From a virus: a stretch of 57,716 nucleotides of DNA. Below the pieces are notes generated by a model. That model did no database searches, had not been told where the DNA came from, and was given only the letters and a program-made list of their open reading frames with translations. The translations under genes and the position numbers were made by a program. The stretch lies in IMG/VR virus record IMGVR_UViG_3300050501_000396. One strand, given 5' to 3'. Positions 25,698 through 33,584 of the stretch are shown here, in pieces (position 1 is the stretch's first letter; each line of letters begins with the position of its first letter).

Positions 25698-26375
25698 CTA
25701 CGAGGGGAGAGTGAGGACGCTACCGTCGGGCAGGTGCACGAGGACGCGGCAGCCGGGCGCGAGATGCAGGCGCACCGTACCTGGCTCGACGTACTTCAGC
25801 CGTGCCATCTGACGAGCGGCCACGATCTCGTCCATCATCTTCTCGTGCTCCGCAGACAAGGCCCATTCCGCCGGATCAACGCCCGCGGCTCGCATTTCGG
25901 CTGCGGGGCTGGTGGCCTGGCCGGGATCATCGATGAGCACGGTACTCGTCGGCTCTGGCGCTTCCCCGACGCCGCCGTCCACGCGGCCGCGCACGGCTGC
26001 GCGCGGGGGCGCCATGCGTAGGGCCTCGCCCAGTGCCATGCTGAAACGGTCGGGGTCGTCCCCGAACTCGACCGCGAACGTCACCGACCCGGGGTGCTCA
26101 AGCGCGCGAGCCATGGCCTCGTGGGCCTCCATGTCCTTCTCGGCGTCCTTCGCCTGGCGCGCCTTGAGCTTGTCGACGACTTCCTTGGGTGCCTTGGTCT
26201 TGGCCATGGCGGCATCCTGGCCCGCGACCCTGCCGTGAACGGCGCTCGCCACCTCCAGGGGCGGCGCGGTGTCGACGAGAGTGGCATTCTGGTTGGGGTC
26301 GGCACCGAGCGCGAGCGACGGTGATCCGATGGCGAAGAGCACGAGCAGACAGAGGGTCGCGGTGATGAATTTCAT
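25698..26375 (-). CDS. hypothetical protein with N-terminal signal peptide; possible nested short form from ATG 26207
   Basis: MKFITATLCLLVLFAIGSPSLALG signal; motif M9 lies in frame inside it, 27 nt before the internal ATG; shares DDPDRFSM.LG with the tape measure C-terminus. Confidence 0.5.
   Translation of the reverse strand: MKFITATLCLLVLFAIGSPSLALGADPNQNATLVDTAPPLEVASAVHGRVAGQDAAMAKTKAPKEVVDKLKARQAKDAEKDMEAHEAMARALEHPGSVTFAVEFGDDPDRFSMALGEALRMAPPRAAVRGRVDGGVGEAPEPTSTVLIDDPGQATSPAAEMRAAGVDPAEWALSAEHEKMMDEIVAARQMARLKYVEPGTVRLHLAPGCRVLVHLPDGSVLTLPS
26218..26235 (-). promoter_or_regulatory. late motif copy M9 (inside ORF 25698..26375)
   Basis: CACGGCAGGGTCGCGGGCCA; no stop codon before it; 27 nt to ATG 26207. 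Confidence 0.5.
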
Positions 26376-26386
26376 GATGGCGAGCG

Positions 26387-26404
26387 TGCGCCGGGACCCT
26401 GCCG
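26387..26404 (-). promoter_or_regulatory. late intergenic motif copy M10
   Basis: TAGTCG-CGGCAGGGTCCCGGCGCA; 28 nt to ATG 26375; no SD. Confidence 0.6.
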
Positions 26405-26407
26405 CGA

Positions 26408-26779
26408 CTACGTGTGGCGCACCGCCATCTCGCACCGCACGAGCCACCTGCGGATGCAGCGCGGCATGTCGCAGCCATCGCCGTGCTCGCACACTTGGCG
26501 AATCGGACCGCGCGCCGCCACGTTCACCGCGTCCGCGCATGCCTGGCACATCGAGACGTGCCGGGAAGCATCGCGGCTCCCATGGCAGATCCGGCACCTC
26601 GGACGTAACCGCGTGTCCACGGGTCCATCGCAGGGCAGCCATCCGCACGCGCGGGCGTACTCGAGCGCGGCTTCGGCGCAAGCTTCGCGCTGCCCGATGG
26701 TGTAGGAACGACTCCCCACGATGATGCCGTCCGCTACGCACGACAGCAATTTGTCGATCGCGTCGTTTGGCCCGCTCAT
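26408..26779 (-). CDS. Cys-rich hypothetical protein (123 aa)
   Basis: Trimmed to ATG 26779 (ATGA overlap with the GroES-like stop); many CxxC pairs. Confidence 0.5.
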   Translation of the reverse strand: MSGPNDAIDKLLSCVADGIIVGSRSYTIGQREACAEAALEYARACGWLPCDGPVDTRLRPRCRICHGSRDASRHVSMCQACADAVNVAARGPIRQVCEHGDGCDMPRCIRRWLVRCEMAVRHT

Positions 26780-27165
26780 CCGACCACCGCCACCACGTCG
26801 TCGGTGTCCACCATCTGGTACTTCTGCCCGCCGTACTCGAAGCTGTGGCCGGAGTAGGCCCCTGCCAACACGACGTCGCCAGGCCTGCACCCGATGGGCT
26901 CGCGGGTCACCCCGTCCTTGAGCAGCTTGCCCGGGCCCACGGCGATAACGCGCGCACGCAGGGGCGCGGCGTCCCGGTCCCGGTTCTCGGGCAGGTGGAT
27001 GAGCCCGCCCGAGCTCTTGGTCTCCTCGATGCGCTGGATGATGATGCGGTTCGACAGGGGGCGGATCTTCACGGCGGCGCTGGTGAGCTCAAGCCGTTTG
27101 TCGAGCTCGGCGTTGAACGCTCCGACCAAGCGAGTTGACGCACCGCGGGACTCGGAATGACTCAT
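26776..27165 (-). CDS. GroES/Cpn10-like co-chaperonin with a 34-aa N-terminal extension
   Basis: IRPLSNRIIIQRIEETKSSGGLIHLP...ARVIAVGPGKLL...GDVVL...DDVVAVV aligns with GroES along its whole length. Confidence 0.75.
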   Translation of the reverse strand: MSHSESRGASTRLVGAFNAELDKRLELTSAAVKIRPLSNRIIIQRIEETKSSGGLIHLPENRDRDAAPLRARVIAVGPGKLLKDGVTREPIGCRPGDVVLAGAYSGHSFEYGGQKYQMVDTDDVVAVVG

Positions 27166-27428
27166 GGCCGCACCGCGATGAGCGCCCGCACTGCGGCGTC
27201 CTTCGCCTCGAGCAGCTTGCGCAGCGCCACCGTGCGCTCCGGGTTGCGCGGCAGGTTCATGACGACCTGCTCGGCGAGCTCGGCGAACGGCCTCGACACC
27301 GCGGCGAGCAGCGGCGGTAGGTGGCCGTGCGCGAAGAACTGCATGATGTGCTCGGGCTGCGCCTCTGCTGCCTTCGCCAGCATCTTCAGCGCTTCGATGG
27401 CCTCGGGCGGCGTGGTCTCTTTGTTCAT
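27162..27428 (-). CDS. hypothetical protein (88 aa)
   Basis: Track ORF with SD GGAGG; follows motif M11. Confidence 0.55.
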   Translation of the reverse strand: MNKETTPPEAIEALKMLAKAAEAQPEHIMQFFAHGHLPPLLAAVSRPFAELAEQVVMNLPRNPERTVALRKLLEAKDAAVRALIAVRP

Positions 27429-27452
27429 GGGCTGTGCCTCCGTCGGGCATCC

Positions 27453-27470
27453 TGCATCGCGACCCTGCCA
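27453..27470 (-). promoter_or_regulatory. late intergenic motif copy M11
   Basis: TGA-TGGCAGGGTCGCGATGCA; 41 nt to ATG 27428 with GGAGG. Confidence 0.6.
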
Positions 27471-28880
27471 TCACCACGCCGACTCGACCACTTGTCCCTC
27501 GTACGGCGGTGCCTCGCGGTAAAGTTGGTTCCAGGCATGGGCCGTTACGTCCACTTGATCATCATTCGTGTCGCCCAGGCCGGTGAAGCTGCGCATCTCG
27601 GCGAGGTAGGGACGGATCCACGGCGCTTCGGCGCGGGGCACCAGCACGCGGTCGTCCGCCCACGCCGCCGCGCACGGCTGCGCGCGCGTGACCTTGTCAC
27701 CGAGCGGCGTGATCTCGAAGATGTCGACGCCCGGGTGCAGCGTCCGCATCATGTCCGGCACGGCCTTGAAGCCGCCCACGCCCTCGAAGCCGATGGGGTA
27801 GCCCCAGTGCTTCTGCAGCCGCACGAGCTCGGCCATGACTTGCGTCATCGGCGCCTGCATGCGCACGATCTCGAGCACGTACATACGGCAGTTCACGCCC
27901 ACACCGACAGCCGAGAAGACGCCGATCGCGGTGTAGTCGCTGGACGTCTTCGCGGTCGCCGCCGGGTCGCAGATGATGACTCCGCGCGCGCCGCTCACCT
28001 CGGGCAGGTCGTAGAGCGCCGGGTGCCGGCCGAAGAGGTGCGTGCCGTGCGGCCGCGGGCGCTGCTGGTAGAGCGACCACCAGTTGTACGCGCCGCCAGT
28101 CTTGCGGATGATGCGCAGCCGCTCGACCGGGAAGCGCTCAGGCCAGAGCGCCAGGCCGTCCGTCTCGTCGTCCTCGGCGGGCTCGCCGGTCCGCGGGTCG
28201 CGGATGGCGGGCATCTCGATGACCTTCCACTTCTCGCCCAGCTCGCCGGCCAGGATGCGCCCGGCAAGGTCCTCCTCGTGCCAGCGCGTCTGGATGACGA
28301 TGACGCTCGCGGTGTCCTCGAGGCGGTTGTAGAGCGTGCCCTGGAACTGCTTCCACACCCGGTCGCGGAAGACCGGCGACTCGGCCTCCAAGCGGTCCTT
28401 GTGCGGGTCGTCGATGACCAGCCAGCCCTTGATGCCCTTGCCGGTGATGCCGCCGTCGATGCCCACGGCGCGCAGGCCGCCGCCGTAGCGCGTGCGCCAG
28501 AGGTCGACGGCCTTCGTGTCCTGGGCCAGTTGGATGCCCGCGTCTCGCGCCACCTGGCGCATCCAACGCGATTGATCCTCAGCCTGCCCCGCGCCGTACG
28601 CCACGTAGGCGTTCAGCAGCGCGGGGTTGCGCTGGATACTCCAGACCAGCCCGCGCATGACCGTGACCGACTTGGCGTGCCGCGGCGGCATGAAGACGAG
28701 CAAACGCGACGGCTCGTGCAGGGCGCGCTCGAGCTCGGGGATGAGCTCGGCGCTGATGTGCTCCGGCGGCGGCTCGTGCGGCGCCACGCGGGCGATGAAG
28801 TCGGTGAGCGACTCCCCGCCGTACTCGGCCTCGGCCAGGGCGAGGAGCTCGAGCTCCTCAGCCTCCGTCAGACCGCGCAC
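27471..28880 (-). CDS. terL: terminase large subunit
   Basis: Trimmed to GTG 28880 (no ATG downstream of the TerS overlap); Walker-A-like PPRHAKS, Walker B WLVIDDPH, C-terminal nuclease-like region. Confidence 0.75.
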   Translation of the reverse strand: MRGLTEAEELELLALAEAEYGGESLTDFIARVAPHEPPPEHISAELIPELERALHEPSRLLVFMPPRHAKSVTVMRGLVWSIQRNPALLNAYVAYGAGQAEDQSRWMRQVARDAGIQLAQDTKAVDLWRTRYGGGLRAVGIDGGITGKGIKGWLVIDDPHKDRLEAESPVFRDRVWKQFQGTLYNRLEDTASVIVIQTRWHEEDLAGRILAGELGEKWKVIEMPAIRDPRTGEPAEDDETDGLALWPERFPVERLRIIRKTGGAYNWWSLYQQRPRPHGTHLFGRHPALYDLPEVSGARGVIICDPAATAKTSSDYTAIGVFSAVGVGVNCRMYVLEIVRMQAPMTQVMAELVRLQKHWGYPIGFEGVGGFKAVPDMMRTLHPGVDIFEITPLGDKVTRAQPCAAAWADDRVLVPRAEAPWIRPYLAEMRSFTGLGDTNDDQVDVTAHAWNQLYREAPPYEGQVVESAW

Positions 28881-29346
28881 TGGCCTTGGCCATGAGCTCG
28901 GCCAGGCGCGCGCGGCGCTGCGCCGGCGTGAGCGTCGCGACGTCGATCGTGCCCGAGTGCTGCACCAGCTCCGGCGCGTAGACCGCGTCGATCTTGTTGA
29001 GCATGTCGATCGCGCCGCGTGCGGCCGCGTAGGCGCCCGGCACCTCCGCCCTGTCGCCCATTGCCGACCGGTACAGCATGAGCACCCGCTCACGCGCCTG
29101 GGCGCGCAGCTCGGGCGTCGCGGTCGGCGCGCGCTCCTTCCAGAGCGCCTCGATGCGCGAGATGTAGTTCTGGACCTGGCGCGGCGTCACGCCCCAGCCC
29201 TCAGGCTGCGGCGCCGAGAACGTCTCGATGATCCAGCCGCGCGACCGGCCCGCGAGTAGCGACTCCTCGACCATCGCGAGCCGCACCGCGCTCATGGACT
29301 CGCGCTCGGCGTTGCCCTGTCCCTTTGGCCGTCCCTTCCCAGCCAT
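28858..29346 (-). CDS. terS: terminase small subunit
   Basis: 162 aa directly upstream of and overlapping terL; basic N-terminus. Confidence 0.55.
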   Translation of the reverse strand: MAGKGRPKGQGNAERESMSAVRLAMVEESLLAGRSRGWIIETFSAPQPEGWGVTPRQVQNYISRIEALWKERAPTATPELRAQARERVLMLYRSAMGDRAEVPGAYAAARGAIDMLNKIDAVYAPELVQHSGTIDVATLTPAQRRARLAELMAKASARSDGG

Positions 29347-29356
29347 TTGAGAACTC

Positions 29357-29635
29357 CTACGAATTCTCGGTAGTTACGGGGGCCATCGCCGCGAGCAGCC
29401 GCCCCGCCGCCTCAGCCGCCTGCAGCGCCGTCCCGGTGACCGCCGACACCGCGCCCATCCGGTCCAGGTGCCGCGAGCTCTCGCGGGCCAGCTCGAGCCC
29501 GAGCCCGGCGGCGACGTCGGCCGTGCAGATCATGGCGAAGCGGACGCGCTCAAGCGCGCCACGGATCGCCTCGTCGCGCTGCGCGCGCTTCTCTTCGGGT
29601 GTGGGGGGTTCGGGGACGGGCTCGAATTCGGCCAT
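29357..29635 (-). CDS. hypothetical protein (92 aa)
   Basis: Track ORF with SD GGAGG; follows motif M12. Confidence 0.55.
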   Translation of the reverse strand: MAEFEPVPEPPTPEEKRAQRDEAIRGALERVRFAMICTADVAAGLGLELARESSRHLDRMGAVSAVTGTALQAAEAAGRLLAAMAPVTTENS

Positions 29636-29660
29636 CGGACTGTGCCTCCGATGCCGAGCG

Positions 29661-29678
29661 TGCGCCGGGACCCTGCCG
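29661..29678 (-). promoter_or_regulatory. late intergenic motif copy M12
   Basis: TAG-CGGCAGGGTCCCGGCGCA; 42 nt to ATG 29635 with GGAGG. Confidence 0.6.
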
Positions 29679-29864
29679 CTACGGGGCGCTCTGGAGATTC
29701 GGGGGCGTCTCTACCTCCGGCTCGTAGTCCTCACCGCAAAGGCACATGTGCGGGCCATCGTGCCCGCGTTCGCGCCGACAGTCCTCGCCGCACCCGTACT
29801 CGTCCTGCTCCGTGGACACGCCGCACTCGCGATCCGGATGCGCTGGCTTGATGTCCTCGTTCAT
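29679..29864 (-). CDS. small acidic Cys-rich protein (61 aa)
   Basis: Trimmed to ATG 29864 (ATGA overlap). Confidence 0.45.
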   Translation of the reverse strand: MNEDIKPAHPDRECGVSTEQDEYGCGEDCRRERGHDGPHMCLCGEDYEPEVETPPNLQSAP

Positions 29865-30115
29865 GCCTGCCCTCTCGCTCCGCCGAACCCATGGTACACG
29901 CCCGGGTCCTCGAAGAGGACCTCGGGGCCGCGCTTCAGCGCGATCGGCTCCATGCCCATCTCCGGCTCGCCGAACCACGGCGCGTCGCCGAGCGGGTCAT
30001 CCACCCGCACGCACCACTGGCTGCATCGCCCACAGTAGCGGGCGCGCACGGCCCTCGAGCTCGTCGACTTGTGGCCGCAGCTCGGGCAGCGCCACTCGCG
30101 CGGGGCGGCGCTCAT
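29861..30115 (-). CDS. zinc-ribbon protein (84 aa)
   Basis: CPSCGH...CGRC; ATGA overlaps on both sides. Confidence 0.5.
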   Translation of the reverse strand: MSAAPREWRCPSCGHKSTSSRAVRARYCGRCSQWCVRVDDPLGDAPWFGEPEMGMEPIALKRGPEVLFEDPGVYHGFGGARGQA

Positions 30116-30342
30116 ACCAGCCTCCCGTCACCCATGATGTAGCCGCGCGGCACCGAGACCGTGGCGGGCTTCGACACCTTCGGCAGGTCGGGCAGCGTGT
30201 CGGCCTCGGGCATCGGCGTTGCGCTGTGGCCGGGACCGAAGAACGCGACCACACGCACCGGCGTCATCTCGAGCACCGGGCAGCCACCGTGGTGGCCGAG
30301 GCGCGGGTGACGCGTACAGAAATAGCACTCGGCGGGGTTCAT
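30112..30342 (-). CDS. hypothetical protein (76 aa)
   Basis: Trimmed to ATG 30342 (ATGA overlap). Confidence 0.45.
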   Translation of the reverse strand: MNPAECYFCTRHPRLGHHGGCPVLEMTPVRVVAFFGPGHSATPMPEADTLPDLPKVSKPATVSVPRGYIMGDGRLV

Positions 30343-30620
30343 GGCTTCGCCTCGAGCTCTGCCATGCGCCGCTGCACCTCGCGCGTGACCGCGGGCTCGG
30401 CGCGCGCCATGCGCTCGTTGACCGTACGCTCGGGACTCGCGCCCCCGCACAGACGCACAGCGACCACTCGTGCAGCTGCGTGCGCGCCCCTCGCGATCCA
30501 CACACGCCTAAGCTTCGCCGCCCATTCGGTGGCCAGGCTATGCGTAGTCCACGCGCTATCGGTGCTCCACGCGATCTCGCTGGGATCGAGTCTGTACTCG
30601 ACCAGATACACGAGGTTCAC
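30339..30620 (-). CDS. hypothetical protein (93 aa)
   Basis: Trimmed to GTG 30620 (GTGA overlap). Confidence 0.45.
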   Translation of the reverse strand: MNLVYLVEYRLDPSEIAWSTDSAWTTHSLATEWAAKLRRVWIARGAHAAARVVAVRLCGGASPERTVNERMARAEPAVTREVQRRMAELEAKP

Positions 30621-30817
30621 TCGTTCCCCCTCTCGCCGTCCAACTCGTCCAAGCGGGGCTGCGCGCGCCTCTGAACGATCTTGAGTGTCTCGAGCTCGTC
30701 GCACTTGCCCGCGAGTGGCCCGAGCACGGCGATGAGGGCGCGGACCGCGCGCCCATAGGCCCGCAGGAGGTCCGGGTCACCGGGGACGGTTTCAACGTTA
30801 ATGCGATGTCGGGTCAT
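30617..30817 (-). CDS. hypothetical protein (66 aa)
   Basis: Trimmed to ATG 30817 (ATGA overlap). Confidence 0.45.
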   Translation of the reverse strand: MTRHRINVETVPGDPDLLRAYGRAVRALIAVLGPLAGKCDELETLKIVQRRAQPRLDELDGERGNE

Positions 30818-31506
30818 GCCGCGTCCTCCTCGGGGTCGCGCAGTTGCTCGAAGTGCACCCCGAGCTCGGGGTCGATGAGGCCCTGCTCCTTGTGCAGGTG
30901 CTTCGCGCGGCTGCCGTCCCACACGGTCTGGCCGCAGGGGACGCTCTTGGCGATGCCACGTCCGGCGCTGCCGAACTCCTCCGTGACCGGGACGGTGCAG
31001 CGGTACAGCCGCTCGCCGAGCGCCTTGCTCTTCACGGGCTTGCCCGTCTTCACCGACAGCCTCAGGACGGGCGCCTCTCGGGCGGCCACGACCGGCGACG
31101 GCGCGGCGGGCGCAGGTTCCGCCTTCGGCGCGGCAGGCTTCGCGCGCAGCTTGCAGCCCGAGCGGTGCTGGCCCTTGTTGACGCACCCGCAGGGCCGCAG
31201 CCCGATCTTCGCGGGCGGCGCCTTCTTGGGCGCGACCTTCGCCGCCGCGGCCGCGATGGCGGCGCGCCGGTCGGGCACTGGCGGCGACGCCACCTTGGCG
31301 GGCGCAGGGCGCGCGGGCTTGCGCCTCTCCTTCGCTACCGCGATGGCCTTCTGCTCCTGCGGCGTGAGCTTCGGTTTCAGCAGCGCCGAGCCCGCCGGCG
31401 CGTACTGCTCAAGCACCGCGCGTGCCGTGCGCAGCTTCTCGAGCTTGTCCTCGGTCGTGTCGATCTCCAGGTCCAGCCAGCCCATCGCGTCGTCGAACTT
31501 CGTCAT
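30814..31506 (-). CDS. hypothetical protein with Ala/Pro/Lys-rich linker (230 aa)
   Basis: Trimmed to ATG 31506 (ATGA overlap). Confidence 0.5.
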   Translation of the reverse strand: MTKFDDAMGWLDLEIDTTEDKLEKLRTARAVLEQYAPAGSALLKPKLTPQEQKAIAVAKERRKPARPAPAKVASPPVPDRRAAIAAAAAKVAPKKAPPAKIGLRPCGCVNKGQHRSGCKLRAKPAAPKAEPAPAAPSPVVAAREAPVLRLSVKTGKPVKSKALGERLYRCTVPVTEEFGSAGRGIAKSVPCGQTVWDGSRAKHLHKEQGLIDPELGVHFEQLRDPEEDAA

Positions 31507-31727
31507 GCTCCCGTGCTCCTGTGCCCGTCCTGCTGAGGTTTCGAGACCACCTGCCCCTCGTCCTCGGGCGGATGGGACATGGCCATGTGATGACCGAGCG
31601 CGCTCGCGCCGCCGAAGCGTGCGCCGCACACGTGGCAGAACATCCGCGCCGGCGGGTCGCTCACCGGCCGCGCCGCGCTGTGCAGCAAGTGGGCGACCAC
31701 CACCAGGACGATGCCGAGCAGGATCAC
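31503..31727 (-). CDS. membrane-anchored C2H2-type zinc-finger protein (74 aa)
   Basis: GTG 31727 (GTGA overlap); ILLGIVLVVVAHLL TM helix, then FCHVCGARF...HHMAMSH. Confidence 0.45.
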   Translation of the reverse strand: MILLGIVLVVVAHLLHSAARPVSDPPARMFCHVCGARFGGASALGHHMAMSHPPEDEGQVVSKPQQDGHRSTGA

Positions 31728-31975
31728 CGCTTGCCCCCGCTGCCCTGGCACGCGCGCAGGCGACGGCCGCGAGCTCGCGCCGGGCACTCCTTCCCGCGCG
31801 TGAACGTGTCGCGCCACTTGTGCACGCAGCCCGCATTCACGCAGTTGGGGCACGGCACGATCGGGTCGCTTGGCTTCCAGGGCGTCTCGGAGCGAGGCTT
31901 CTTCCCGCCGCAGCACTCGCAGCGGGCGAAGTCGGGGCGCTTCCGGTAGTTCATGAGCGTCACCGGCTGGCTCAC
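31724..31975 (-). CDS. zinc-finger protein (83 aa), candidate small transcription factor
   Basis: CECCGG...CPNC...C; first gene downstream of motif M13. Confidence 0.5.
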   Translation of the reverse strand: MSQPVTLMNYRKRPDFARCECCGGKKPRSETPWKPSDPIVPCPNCVNAGCVHKWRDTFTRGKECPARARGRRLRACQGSGGKR

Positions 31976-32448
31976 GCGGCCACCGCCTGGTGTGGCTCAA
32001 CCTCGGTTGGAAATGCCAACTGCTCACCTCGCGCCCGTCTGTGCCTACGGCGCCTAGTCGCGATGATGCATCGTGACCCTGCCGCAATCTTAGAGGCGCC
32101 CCAGCGACGGAAGCGGGGGAGCGCCATCTGGCGCCAGGCGCGCACCGGCTTCACTACCGCGTCGCTCAGGAGAAACGTGGGGCAGTTCCGATGGTGCTCC
32201 ATGTCCGTCTCGAGGCGGATGACGCGTCCCGTCTGTCGCAGGCGCTGCATGGCGCGCGCGGCTTGTCGGTAGGACCATCCGACTTCGAGGCGCAGCGCGT
32301 CCATCGTCGCCACTCCGCCGAGGTTGCGCAGGGTGTCAATCGCGAGCCAGTCCTGCGTGCTCTCGCCATCGAGCGACGCGCAGCGGTCGCAGCACCGCGC
32401 GCCCGCGCGCTTCGGAAGAGAGCAATCGCACTCGAGGCTTCGGCTCAT
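31972..32448 (-). CDS. winged-helix DNA-binding protein (158 aa)
   Basis: Trimmed to ATG 32448; DALRLEVGWSYRQAARAMQRLRQTGRVIRLE is wHTH-like; the Arg-rich 3' tail containing motif M13 may not be genuine coding. Confidence 0.5.
   Translation of the reverse strand: MSRSLECDCSLPKRAGARCCDRCASLDGESTQDWLAIDTLRNLGGVATMDALRLEVGWSYRQAARAMQRLRQTGRVIRLETDMEHHRNCPTFLLSDAVVKPVRAWRQMALPRFRRWGASKIAAGSRCIIATRRRRHRRARGEQLAFPTEVEPHQAVAA
32067..32084 (-). promoter_or_regulatory. late motif copy M13 (first in transcription order within the late region)
   Basis: TGCGGCAGGGTCACGATGCA; 108 nt before GTG 31975. Confidence 0.5.
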
Positions 32449-32639
32449 GTGACCTCCTGCGCGGGAAGCACGACACCCCTGGCGCGTAGACGGTCCGCCC
32501 GGTGCTTCGAGTAGCCCTTGCACTTTCCCAGGCGCCTGTCGACCTGAGCCGCCGACTCGCACAGCCTCCACGCCCGGAGGAAGTCCTCATCGCTACAGTC
32601 GGCCGCGGGGCCCGGCTGGCGCTTCCTGGTGCCGCTCAC
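32445..32639 (-). CDS. hypothetical protein (64 aa)
   Basis: Trimmed to GTG 32639 (GTGA overlap). Confidence 0.4.
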   Translation of the reverse strand: MSGTRKRQPGPAADCSDEDFLRAWRLCESAAQVDRRLGKCKGYSKHRADRLRARGVVLPAQEVT

Positions 32640-32806
32640 CGCCTGCCTCCCAGGAACGTGATCGCCGCATCGAGGGCGTGGCAGAACCCATGCAGCCACG
32701 CCGGGACGGCGAGCAAGGCGAACAGCACCAGGAGCCTCCAGGGGGCGAGGTCCCACGACGCGGCCAGGGCGGTAGCGATTAGGGCGCAGACGAGGGCGGT
32801 GCGCAT
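32636..32806 (-). CDS. small two-TM membrane protein (56 aa)
   Basis: Below the track cutoff; MRTALVCALIATALAASWDLAPWRLLVLFALLAVPAWLHGF... Confidence 0.4.
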   Translation of the reverse strand: MRTALVCALIATALAASWDLAPWRLLVLFALLAVPAWLHGFCHALDAAITFLGGRR

Positions 32807-32810
32807 CTCC

Positions 32811-33584
32811 TCAGCGACCCCTCATGCTCGGGTCGCTGAGCTCCACGAACCTGCCGCACTCGCGGATGCGGTCGGCGACGCGCTCGCCGTAGCGCGCCTT
32901 GAAGTCGGTAGCGGTGAGGTTCGTCGTGATGACCGTCTTGAGTTGCTCGGCGTACCGGGTGTTGAACAGCCCGTCGAACAGCGCCGTGAATGAGCCCTTG
33001 GCGTCCGCGTACTCAAGCCCTAGGTCGTCGATGGCCAGCGTGGACGCGTACTCGATCTCAGCCATGCGCTCCTCGTCGTACCTGCTCGCTCGCTGGAGTT
33101 TGGTCACGTCGAGGAACATCGGGTTCTTGCGTTTACCCATGTCGGGCCTGCCCCTCAGCACTCCCTCCATGTAGAGTTCGTGGAGTGGGCTTGGCTTGGG
33201 GTCCTGAGCTACAACCCACGCAGCCGCCGTAGTCTTCCCGCACCCGCGCGTGCCCGATAGCACGAGCACCGAGGATTCAGACTCCCACCACCCCCTCGAG
33301 ATACCCAGTGCGGACGTGTCCCGGAGCCCGCCGGCCAGCAGCGCATCAACGTCCTTGGCCGGGATGCCGCGCTGGACGAGGCGTAGCTTCCTCTCTGCGG
33401 ACTCCCGCTTCTCCGCCATGACCGCTTCCTCCCTTTCCCGCGCCGCGACCCGCTCCGCGCGCTCACGCTCGGCCTGCGCGAATACAGGGTCATTGGCGAG
33501 GCGCTCCTGATGCTTGCGTTCCCGCTCTTCCATGCCCCGCTGCCAGCTGTCCATCAGGTCGGCCATAAACTTCGGCTCGCTCAT
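32811..33584 (-). CDS. DnaC/IstB-like AAA+ helicase loader
   Basis: Trimmed to ATG 33584 (ATGA overlap); Walker A GTRGCGKTT, Walker B LAIDDLG. Confidence 0.7.
   Translation of the reverse strand: MSEPKFMADLMDSWQRGMEERERKHQERLANDPVFAQAERERAERVAAREREEAVMAEKRESAERKLRLVQRGIPAKDVDALLAGGLRDTSALGISRGWWESESSVLVLSGTRGCGKTTAAAWVVAQDPKPSPLHELYMEGVLRGRPDMGKRKNPMFLDVTKLQRASRYDEERMAEIEYASTLAIDDLGLEYADAKGSFTALFDGLFNTRYAEQLKTVITTNLTATDFKARYGERVADRIRECGRFVELSDPSMRGR

Noticed and set aside
2502-32084. The late motif as a host sigma-54 (-24/-12) promoter, suggested by TGGCAGGGTCGCGATGCA-type copies.
   Set aside because: GG and GC are separated by 12 nt in every copy. Sigma-54 promoters have a strict GG-N10-GC spacing, and the -24 element is GGCAG rather than GGCAC. 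The resemblance is kept only as a layout analogy.
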